DNA of 64,000 bases, taken from the NCBI GenBank assembly GCA_021792255.1, contig JAJYUZ010000001.1:256001-320000 (forward strand), written 5' to 3'. Numbering within the stretch: position 1 is the first letter of the stretch; each line of letters opens with the position of its first letter. The translations under genes were made by a program, and so were the position numbers. This DNA comes from Thermoplasmata archaeon. Lineage in GTDB: Archaea > Thermoplasmatota > Thermoplasmata > Thermoplasmatales > GCA-001856825. The notes below the pieces were generated by a model that was given only the letters and a program-made list of their open reading frames with translations, had not been told where the DNA came from and searched no databases. Of the stretch, positions 18,743 to 27,487 are shown piece by piece.

Positions 18743-19855
18743 AACGTCCAAATATAGTCAAGAGAAAACAGAGAGTAAAGCCCTAAATAAAACTGAAATC
18801 GTCTCAGCAAGTTCTGTGTCGACCCAATATGATTTCTTCAAAGTGGCAAATTTTAGAAATTCACCTTACATATATAATTAATAATATTGAAATTTGATAA
18901 TGAATTATTCTGTAATGTATATACCGTAACTTAAGATACTATATAGCTGATAATCTTTAACTAATAATTTTTAGACATTTTTTTTTACTATTTTGATTCT
19001 CATGTTAAGTTTCTAAGATAATAGATGAGATCACTGGAGATTTACATAATCAAAAGTTAATCCCGACAATTAAGTCGTACTGGTCACACACTAGCCAGCT
19101 AGTTGCTATAGTAAGGAAGATTGGGACCATCGACATTGTCTGGTGTTGGTTCCGGACAAGATTTACTAATAAATTATTTTGTACCCCACACTCTTCTCCA
19201 TATTTGGAATGCTCTGTCATTAAAACTACATTTATCAGACTCGACTTAAGGTGATTCTCCATCTCAATGCTCTTCTCTTCAAAATCTTATTTTTAAATGT
19301 CATCATTATAATTATAAGTTGGAGAGAGCATTGGAATTCATTTCTAAAGGATATTCTAACACTAATCCGTGCAATCGAACTAACGTTGCAGTTATCTTGC
19401 GAGATCCCAATAATACTGACTGGAAGACTTCGTTTCACATTCAATGGCTGGTCGTCGAACTCGTTTCAGGGATTGTATTGATGTATAACTACGGTTATAC
19501 GTCATGTTTCAAGAATAAACGTAGAGGTATTGGAAGTTTATTTAATCAATAATGGAAATATCGTTACTCGAGTAATTTAGTGATGAAATCTCTATTACTA
19601 CTAACTCATAACCGTTCCCGCATTTTGAGAGCACGATTAAACCGTATCTCTTTCCTCTGAGAGTTTGTTGGGTGAAGTTAGCACGGCAACTTCGAAACCG
19701 CGTCTCAAAAATACTGACTTAACTATTGCCTCTGAAAATTTGTTGGTGCGGAATGAGGCCATTTCCAGTTATACATCCTAACGTCACTTCCTCCACTTTA
19801 ATGAATCTCTTTCATGTTGGAACTTCTCAGCAAGGTTGTACGCTGTAGCCCTTCC

Positions 19856-20575
19856 TCAGATCCGATAGTTCACCAAGTCGTCTTCTTGTTCTATGAAATT
19901 TTCCTCTTCCGTCTTATCTAGCATGTGCCCTCCCTTTTTCTTTTTAGTCTCCAGGTAAAACGAGTTGTGCTCGTTAGGCGGAATAATCAGAGGTATCCTG
20001 CCCGTTATCTTTACCCCGTGGAATTTTAGATCTTCTATTTTAAGTGGATTATTCGACATAAGTCTGATTGACTTGACGTGCAGTGACTTTAGCATATGGG
20101 CGGCTATTGCGTAATCTCGTTCATCCTCCTTAAACCCCAGAACTTTGTTTGCTTCAAATGTGTCAAATCCACCGTCCTGAAGCTGGTATGCCCTGATCTT
20201 GTTTGCAAACCCAATTCCTCTTCCTTCCTGTCTCAAGTAGAGCAGCACTCCGAATTTCATCTCACCTATCATCTTCATTGACGCTTCTAGTTGGTCCCTG
20301 CAATCACAGCGGAGTGATCCAAGGGCATCGCCAGTTAGACATTCTGAATGAATCCTTACTGGAACATCCTCTTTCTCATACACATCTCCGTGGACTAACG
20401 CTGCGTGATCTTTTCTATCGAAATCATTCTGAAAAGCCACGACCTGAAAACCTCCAAATCTGGATGGAAGATCCGCTATAGCAGTAATTTTAACGCACGT
20501 CTTTATTGCACCCGGACATGAATGGTTCAGGTTCTCATTTATCAAATGACTAATCTCTTCTTTGTCTATAGACAT
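19856..20575 (-). CDS. ribA: GTP cyclohydrolase II (bacterial type)
   Basis: VRIHSECLTGD..GSLRCDC, QEGRGIG, DERDY, MSNNP.K, YLETKK..GH; start ATG 20575 or GTG/TTG slightly upstream. Confidence 0.93.
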   Translation of the reverse strand: MSIDKEEISHLINENLNHSCPGAIKTCVKITAIADLPSRFGGFQVVAFQNDFDRKDHAALVHGDVYEKEDVPVRIHSECLTGDALGSLRCDCRDQLEASMKMIGEMKFGVLLYLRQEGRGIGFANKIRAYQLQDGGFDTFEANKVLGFKEDERDYAIAAHMLKSLHVKSIRLMSNNPLKIEDLKFHGVKITGRIPLIIPPNEHNSFYLETKKKKGGHMLDKTEEENFIEQEDDLVNYRI

Positions 20576-20820
20576 TAAATTCACCAAATTGTTTGCCGCT
20601 TATCCACTCTAAGGATAAAAATGACTCCTAAAGGGTCGGATTTCTACTAATTAAGGAATATTAGTTACTATATAACCCATATAATGTAAATTGGCATATC
20701 GAATTGTCAAAAATCCTTTACTCTTAGAAATGGATAATTTTCACCGCTCAAGCTCCAAAAATGGGAATTTCTGCAGGCTAGAAAATGAAAAGATTGTTGT
20801 CCTGGCCTTGAGATTTTATA

Positions 20821-21288
20821 TTAAACCAATTTTAAACGCATTTCGTTGGTTTGCTTAAATCCGAGATTCTCGTACAAAGTTCTACCCTGATTAGAGGCAT
20901 GCAGAGAAATCCTGTCGTACCCGTTATCTTTACTCCACTTTATTGCTTCAGTTACTATTAAGGAAGCCACACCCATTTTCCTGTATTCTGGCAGAGTGTA
21001 CATCGAGAGAAGATAAGGATACTCCAATTTATTCATATCCGGCCTTGGTTGATCTTCCTGAATTAAAATACAGCCTGAACCAGCAACTTCTCCGCTTAGT
21101 GTCTTCACCATAAGAGGTATCAACTTCTTTTCTAGCAATTTTTCTTGTATCCAATTTTGAGTCAAATTACGATGATCCTCGAGAGACTTTGAGAGGTCAG
21201 GATAGATGTCTCTCCACATTAACATCCTGTGTTCTATTAATAAACTGAGGTCATCAAGAGCACCTAAATAGGCTACAAATTCCTTCAT
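20821..21288 (-). CDS. GNAT family N-acetyltransferase
   Basis: MYTLPEYRKMGVA acetyl-CoA motif, LHAS..GRTLYENLGF; GGAGG SD. Confidence 0.88.
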   Translation of the reverse strand: MKEFVAYLGALDDLSLLIEHRMLMWRDIYPDLSKSLEDHRNLTQNWIQEKLLEKKLIPLMVKTLSGEVAGSGCILIQEDQPRPDMNKLEYPYLLSMYTLPEYRKMGVASLIVTEAIKWSKDNGYDRISLHASNQGRTLYENLGFKQTNEMRLKLV

Positions 21289-21534
21289 AAATTCGCCCTC
21301 CCTTGCTATATGAAGCTCCGTTATTTGATTCTTTATTTATAACCTGATCCCTTTTCTATGAAGGACCGAAATTTCACTGATGAAGTAACGCATGTTCATT
21401 GACATCCAATAATATGTAAAGAATATGTCTAATTACATACTAATCATTAAATATAAATGAAAAATACTGCTTTTTCTGTGTCTGAAATGCACATTGAATT
21501 TGCGAGACGATCCCCGCTTCGTGGATCCGGCTTG

Positions 21535-22458
21535 TCAAAACATCTCCCAGATTTCAGGCTTGTAATCCATCGAAAGAGTAAGACCTATAGAGATTTTTAG
21601 TCTGCTATAAAATGCAAAAGCCTCAGAAATGTGCTTCATTGCACGGCTCTTCTCTAGGAAAGTTACCACCCTTAGATCATTTCCCACCTTTCTGTAAAAT
21701 ATATTGTATCTCTTGATCCCCTCAGAATCGAATAGGTTGAGGAGTACGTTAAGGGTTCCTACATCCAAGGGAACCTCGTAAATATTTGATTTTACAGCAA
21801 TTGGTTTCAATCCCGATTTTGAACCCTTTTTTCCATAGATTAACATTCGATGCTCTTTACTGTCTGAAAGGTCACTTACAACCTCCGCAATTGCTCCATT
21901 TTCGAACTCAGATTTTACGTCCTTATTCTTCAGTAATGAGAATGGAATTGCGTATTCCAGAACGTGCACCGGGAACTCTTTGTTTTTTAAGTCCAAATGT
22001 TCAATAAATCCAGTTGAGGGGAATAAGTCAAGCTCTTTCACTAGATGTTTCAAAATGTCATACTGAGTCAAGACCTCAGATATTTGAGGGATAACATTGT
22101 GATGAAACCGAAAACGAACCGTCAGCCGTCCCGTTTCAATTGTAATATTGAATGAAGTGGTGGAATCAACTTTGTTCAAGCTAGAAAGAAGATCAAAAAT
22201 AGACTTCTCTATTTGCAGGGTTGCAACAAGAAATCCTTCATTTTCAGCAGTTTGTGTTAAAAAATTAATCGACTTATTGTCTAATTCAGTGTCCAGTTTT
22301 GGAATAAATACCGACAAAATTCTTTCGCCACCTTTGGAATCAATGGATCCTTGGAAAGTATGACCCGTGGCTTTAGAAAGACTGAATGCACGATCATCTT
22401 TGTTAAAAACGATTCTGCACTCCATATCTAGAATTTTGTCGATGTCCTTTAACAACAT
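21535..22458 (-). CDS. hypothetical protein, paralog of 22554..23408
   Basis: 307-aa ORF sharing LDM, FRFH and S.G.I..LD..N...P blocks with its divergent neighbour. Confidence 0.75.
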   Translation of the reverse strand: MLLKDIDKILDMECRIVFNKDDRAFSLSKATGHTFQGSIDSKGGERILSVFIPKLDTELDNKSINFLTQTAENEGFLVATLQIEKSIFDLLSSLNKVDSTTSFNITIETGRLTVRFRFHHNVIPQISEVLTQYDILKHLVKELDLFPSTGFIEHLDLKNKEFPVHVLEYAIPFSLLKNKDVKSEFENGAIAEVVSDLSDSKEHRMLIYGKKGSKSGLKPIAVKSNIYEVPLDVGTLNVLLNLFDSEGIKRYNIFYRKVGNDLRVVTFLEKSRAMKHISEAFAFYSRLKISIGLTLSMDYKPEIWEMF

Positions 22459-22553
22459 CTAAAGTTAATCACGTCTGAAATTAATACTTATCTGAATGGG
22501 GCCCTTCTGCAGACTGGAGAATACTTATTAAATTGGACTTAATACAGCTCATA

Positions 22554-23408
22554 ATGATTTATGACATAAACAAAAGGCTCGACATGACATTTAGTCTATC
22601 TACTCCCCTGAACAGTTATGTACTTTCTACTATTGTCAAAGACAATCAAGTTCCAATCAACGTTTTTACAAACGGAAACGACATGTACTTTAGCTTCTTT
22701 TTAAGCCGGGTATCTCCAACCGATCGGGCTCTTTTAGAAACTTTTAACCCAGTACTGTTGGGCGACATCGTGGAAATTACCGAAAAGGTCGACAATCCGG
22801 TGATAAGGGCTGTCAGTGAAAACACTAACCTAGCTTCGACTCTGGCCAACGGTGAATTGTTCACAAAAGGTAGAGGGGTTTATACCAGTTTTAGATTTCA
22901 CTCGTCTCAACTGAAAGAGGTTGGCAATCTTCTTAAAGCGGTCATCTCCTTATACGAAAATATCGATGAAATAAGGATGGTCCATTCTGAGGGCATTATC
23001 AAAGTACTAGACGAAATTAATACAAGAATACCGCTATCGGCAGTTACCTTTGCCTTTACCAAATCGAGTAGTAAGAAGTTTGCCTTAGAATGGAGGAACA
23101 TTCTAAAGGACCCCTTTGGCGGAATTCTGTATGATCTAGAGAAAGATGGAAAGGTTGAAAATTATGACATGCTAAAGGAGCCGACGTCCAAATTCCTTAG
23201 GGCCCTGGACAAAGATCACATCCCGCTAGCTTCGCACTTGGAATTCCACGGTTCTGATACCGTCAAATCAATCACGCACGTCCCTAGCTTCCTTCTGAAA
23301 CCCTTTTTGGTAAGACTCTATGAAAATACAGATTCCCTTGAGGGTTTTAAAATACTCAGTATTGAAAATTATTTAGAGGAAAGGGAAAGACTTAACGTAA
23401 TTCAGTGA
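22554..23408 (+). CDS. hypothetical protein, paralog of 21535..22458
   Basis: ATG 22554 about 22 nt after TTATTAAA (leaderless-like); shares the blocks above. Confidence 0.75.
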   Translation: MIYDINKRLDMTFSLSTPLNSYVLSTIVKDNQVPINVFTNGNDMYFSFFLSRVSPTDRALLETFNPVLLGDIVEITEKVDNPVIRAVSENTNLASTLANGELFTKGRGVYTSFRFHSSQLKEVGNLLKAVISLYENIDEIRMVHSEGIIKVLDEINTRIPLSAVTFAFTKSSSKKFALEWRNILKDPFGGILYDLEKDGKVENYDMLKEPTSKFLRALDKDHIPLASHLEFHGSDTVKSITHVPSFLLKPFLVRLYENTDSLEGFKILSIENYLEERERLNVIQ

Positions 23409-23557
23409 GACCAGCTATATAGATTTCCTTAAGAATTATTTAGTTCCTATACTCAACTACCATACCCTGCTTAATTTTTCTTGCACAAGCGCGACTTTTT
23501 ACCTAAAAAAGGTCCTTGTCTTCCCTCCGAATTACTTAGCGTCAGAGAAATATATAA

Positions 23558-24658
23558 ATGGGTCATAGCCATTATTGGAATGTAATGACGGGTGAATCCA
23601 TTAACGTAGCAAGAGTGGCTGAAGAATTCGAGCTAGACAACGAATTCACTTGGGGAAGCGATGTCAAAATAACGGGAAGGTCTGGGGCAGTACATAAGTT
23701 CGACCTAGTGGTTACATCAAAGAAAGATGAGAGTATCAAGATCGCTGTCCTAAATGGTATTTCGGATGACCTTGTCAGCGACATAATGAAATTCAACGCC
23801 ATTTCCAGTGATTGTGGAATATCTCTAAAGGCGTTAGTGGTCTCGAAAGACCTTGATGATACGGAGATTAACCTTACCCAGATGTACAGTATTATTACAA
23901 TAGATCAAAGGAAGGGCCGAAGGGTAAAATCTGACGTTTTTGGGGTTAAAGATCTAGATGAGTCCCTCGGAGGGGCTATGAAACGGGGGAACGTCTATAT
24001 GGTTTCTGGGAAGACTGGAGTAGGAAAGACAACTACGTGCACCCAGTTCCTCGTTCAGGGTGCAAGGATGGGAGAGAAAGGGGCCATCATACTTACTGAT
24101 ACGAGGGGAGCCGAGTATGTCGCCAATGCCAAGACATTCACATTCGGATTCGAAGAGTATTATAAAGAAGGGACCATAGAAGTAATAGAGCTCTCAGACA
24201 GAATTAGAGAGCTGAAAGAAGAAGTCCTTGAAAGCTTAAAGAACAGATCAAAGTACATCAACAAGTTGACAGGCGAAATAAACAAGATAATCTTGGAAGC
24301 AAATATCTCGCGGTTGGCAATAGACCCTATTACGCCAATGATCGTCGAAAATGACGATTTTGTCAATCAGTTCATGATGGCCTTGGCAATACCACACACC
24401 TTCATACTGATCACGAGCCCGGTGATGAAGAGCGATGTCAGTATGTATGGAATTGAGGAATACTTTGTCTCGGGTATTATCAAACTGGAAATGGATGATC
24501 CGGCTGCGGGAATCAGGAAAGCGTCCATTGTCAAGATGAGAGGTGGTACCTACAATCCTTATCCATTCTACTACAAGATTACCCCCAAAGGAATAATCTC
24601 ATCTCAATCTGAGAGGGATTCAAAGTCTGGTTCTATTTTCAAGAGAGTGGAGTCATAG
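23558..24658 (+). CDS. KaiC/RAD55-like ATPase with N-terminal restriction-endonuclease-like domain
   Basis: Walker A GKTGVGKTT, AIDPIT Walker B, GIEEY, VKMRG Arg finger; N-terminal ITGRSGAVHKFDLVV motif; start could be 23585. Confidence 0.85.
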   Translation: MGHSHYWNVMTGESINVARVAEEFELDNEFTWGSDVKITGRSGAVHKFDLVVTSKKDESIKIAVLNGISDDLVSDIMKFNAISSDCGISLKALVVSKDLDDTEINLTQMYSIITIDQRKGRRVKSDVFGVKDLDESLGGAMKRGNVYMVSGKTGVGKTTTCTQFLVQGARMGEKGAIILTDTRGAEYVANAKTFTFGFEEYYKEGTIEVIELSDRIRELKEEVLESLKNRSKYINKLTGEINKIILEANISRLAIDPITPMIVENDDFVNQFMMALAIPHTFILITSPVMKSDVSMYGIEEYFVSGIIKLEMDDPAAGIRKASIVKMRGGTYNPYPFYYKITPKGIISSQSERDSKSGSIFKRVES

Positions 24659-24718
24659 CTTTTTCGAAGATAACACACATAATGGTATTTCTGAGCCTCA
24701 GATCACGTCAAGGATTAA

Positions 24719-27313
24719 TCATTTCTTGTACCTGAGGTACTTTCCGTCTCTGATGTACTTGCCATCCCTGACAAAAAAACTCCTTTTTTCGTGTCTGATC
24801 ATGAACGCTAATGCAATTGCCAAAAGACTTACTGCAACTGCTCCCGCGATTCCAATGAGCGCAAAATTTGGAGGAACAAGCGTCACCACAACTGCTGCAG
24901 AATTCCCACTGATTACGACTTTTCCCGTGACGTGACTTCCCGTATATCCAAATGGTGCGTTGAGGGTGTAATTGTAGGAGCCATTAGGTTCACGGAATAC
25001 TAAGAAGCTCTTTGTCGTGTTTTGAGTAGCGACGATGGAAATACCATTGAATGTTTTTCCCTCAAGGGTCACAGACCATTTTTTCCCCACAGATAGTCCA
25101 GATTGAGTTACGTTAAGCTCATAGGTGACCATTGCCCAACTAATTTGCCGAACGAGAGAACTCCCGTTAACTGTCACGTTTCCTGCGTATTCGACGGCTG
25201 AAAAACCAGCCAGGGGCTGAATCGAGTACTCAAAGCTTCCGTTACTCAACTTGAAAACTATGCTTCCATTAGTGGATATCCTGGTGTTGTTATTTACCGT
25301 TATTTCCCAAAAAGTGCCATTTGTGAGGCCAGTCTCGGCGAACATCACTTGATATGTAACCAAAATGAATGTTTCGGTCAGTTCAATTGAGTCCCCGACT
25401 ATTGAGAACGACCCACGATATGGGTCGGGACGATAAAGTTTGTACCCTGTCGAAACTGTAAAGTTATATGAGCCGTTTATTTCTGTGAATGAAATCGAGC
25501 TCAAATTGGAAGAAAAGGAAGGGCCATTAGTGACGTTGATGTACCACTGGTATTCAGGGGGCAGGTTTTGTTTACTGATTGTGACATTGAACAATTTATA
25601 GAACGTCAAGGGAGAGCTTGACGGATAAGGTGATACTGGTCCGCCGTTGACTGTGAAATTTCTTGAGGTCTCGAACGGAAGAAGTGTGTACCACTCACTA
25701 TTGACAGAGACGTTGTAAGTATACGTACCGTTTGGTTCCATAAATGAAATTGTGTTGGTCTTTGAGTTGTAGTATTGGGGGTCAGTGATGTTCAGGTACC
25801 AGGTCAGGTTTCCAGGTTGACTTAGGGGCAGGCCTGTTTCATAGAACGACACTTCATAGATCCTTAAGAAAAGTAGGGCAATGGAGACCGGTAGACCAGA
25901 GACTTTGAATGTGCCGTTAGAAGGGAATGGACCATACGTGGAGATTCCGCTCCTCACAGTGTAGAGATACGTACCATTGGGGAGCGTAAGGGAAATGGTC
26001 TGGGTCGTTGATGAAACCTGCGTAGAATTTGAATTGTTAACAGTCACGGACCAACTTGACCCTGAGGGTAACCCCGTTTCGGTAAATTCTATTTCGTAGG
26101 TTAATAGGTTAAAAGCGATAGGTACGGAGATAGATTTACCGTTGACCAAAAATGAACTTAATAACAACGGGGTGGGATAATAATCCTTATCAGCGGTCGA
26201 AATCGTAAACGTGTAACTCCCGTTCGAAAGATTTGCAATTATTATCGAGGAGTCGGATGAGAGAGACGGTTCTCCAGTTATATTTACGTACCAATATGTA
26301 CCAGCCGGAAGTTTTGAGTTGTTTAGCTGTACAAAGCTTACTTGGTAGAGTTTGGGATAGAAATTTATTGCAACAGAATAACTGCCACCACTGATCACGA
26401 ACAGTCCAGAGTTGGGATTAGGGTAGTAATTCCTATCGCCAGATGCTATTGTGTAGTGATACGTACCATTCGGCTCGTAGAACAGATTAATACTGCCGAC
26501 AATGGGAAAACTCTGACCATTTGTAAGATTAACATACCATTTGTTTCCAGATGGAAGTCCAGTCTCTTGAAAAATGACTTGATACTTCACCAGAACTGCC
26601 GTAATCTGAGCTGTATTGGATTGGTTAGTAATAGTTGTTGGTGAGCCGTTTGAAGTCCCCATATCACTGACATCTACCCAGAAGAAGTAAGTGGCATTTC
26701 CGGTCGGAGTGAAAGTGTAAGAGGACGTCGTTACGTTGGTTTTCGTCCCGTTTAGATACCAACGATAGGTAAAATTTCCGGTACCGCCAGTGACCGTCGA
26801 TTGAAGCGTTAATGTCTGCCCCACGTTGATCGTTTTGCTTGAAGGCGAAATGCTCACAGAAGGAGCTGAATCGACTGTGACACTTGCATTACTTGAAATC
26901 GCTGACTTGCCCTCACTCGTTACATTGACATAAATGATGTAACCTCCTGGAGAGGGGGGAGTAAACAAATATTTGGAAGAAGTCGTACCAACGACGGGTT
27001 TACCACCCAAGTACCAGGTGTACGTGTAACTCAGAGATTGATTAGAAGTGGTCGCGGTAATCGTTACGGATTGACCAATATCTAGTATTGAACTCAGGGG
27101 AGAAATTGATACTGTAAAGCTTGTAAGCATGTGCTGTGCTAGTTGAGATGGACTGGATAATGGGCGACCATTGTCACTGTGGGCTGCAGTTGGAAAAATC
27201 TGATTCGGTGTTGTCGAGATGAAAGCATTAGTAAAACTTGACATCAAAATGAATGTTACAACTGCGATCGTAAGAACCACAAGCTTCCGTTCCGCACTTA
27301 CATTCATTTTCAT
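24719..27313 (-). CDS. membrane-anchored surface glycoprotein: 2 PKD/Ig-like plus 7 thermopsin-type repeats
   Basis: Signal peptide, Y.V.F.ETGL..G..W...NG.Y repeats, many N-x-S/T sequons, C-terminal TM and basic tail. Confidence 0.88.
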   Translation of the reverse strand: MKMNVSAERKLVVLTIAVVTFILMSSFTNAFISTTPNQIFPTAAHSDNGRPLSSPSQLAQHMLTSFTVSISPLSSILDIGQSVTITATTSNQSLSYTYTWYLGGKPVVGTTSSKYLFTPPSPGGYIIYVNVTSEGKSAISSNASVTVDSAPSVSISPSSKTINVGQTLTLQSTVTGGTGNFTYRWYLNGTKTNVTTSSYTFTPTGNATYFFWVDVSDMGTSNGSPTTITNQSNTAQITAVLVKYQVIFQETGLPSGNKWYVNLTNGQSFPIVGSINLFYEPNGTYHYTIASGDRNYYPNPNSGLFVISGGSYSVAINFYPKLYQVSFVQLNNSKLPAGTYWYVNITGEPSLSSDSSIIIANLSNGSYTFTISTADKDYYPTPLLLSSFLVNGKSISVPIAFNLLTYEIEFTETGLPSGSSWSVTVNNSNSTQVSSTTQTISLTLPNGTYLYTVRSGISTYGPFPSNGTFKVSGLPVSIALLFLRIYEVSFYETGLPLSQPGNLTWYLNITDPQYYNSKTNTISFMEPNGTYTYNVSVNSEWYTLLPFETSRNFTVNGGPVSPYPSSSPLTFYKLFNVTISKQNLPPEYQWYINVTNGPSFSSNLSSISFTEINGSYNFTVSTGYKLYRPDPYRGSFSIVGDSIELTETFILVTYQVMFAETGLTNGTFWEITVNNNTRISTNGSIVFKLSNGSFEYSIQPLAGFSAVEYAGNVTVNGSSLVRQISWAMVTYELNVTQSGLSVGKKWSVTLEGKTFNGISIVATQNTTKSFLVFREPNGSYNYTLNAPFGYTGSHVTGKVVISGNSAAVVVTLVPPNFALIGIAGAVAVSLLAIALAFMIRHEKRSFFVRDGKYIRDGKYLRYKK

Positions 27314-27487
27314 GATAACATTTATCTACAAATTATATCGAAGTATTTAATAATTATTTTCGTCGTATTGCCGTCCACAATGCATCTTGTGAAATCATCA
27401 CTACATAGTTTGGTCAACTTAGATACAAAGTCGTTCATTATTAAAGATGGAGTGTGGAAAAAAGAGGGCAGGTTCATTTCAAGCTCT

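Noticed and set aside
19050-19552. Four short overlapping ORFs in the gap
   Set aside because: Mutually overlapping, mostly non-ATG starts, no protein-like motifs
19640-19790. Tandem glycine-riboswitch-like motifs on the minus strand (AAACUCUCAG)
   Set aside because: The core GGAGA / CCGAAG elements are missing and no gene lies downstream in that orientation
20640-20695. RbkR operator upstream of ribA
   Set aside because: Only weak AT-rich pseudo-palindromes; cannot be supported without a motif scan
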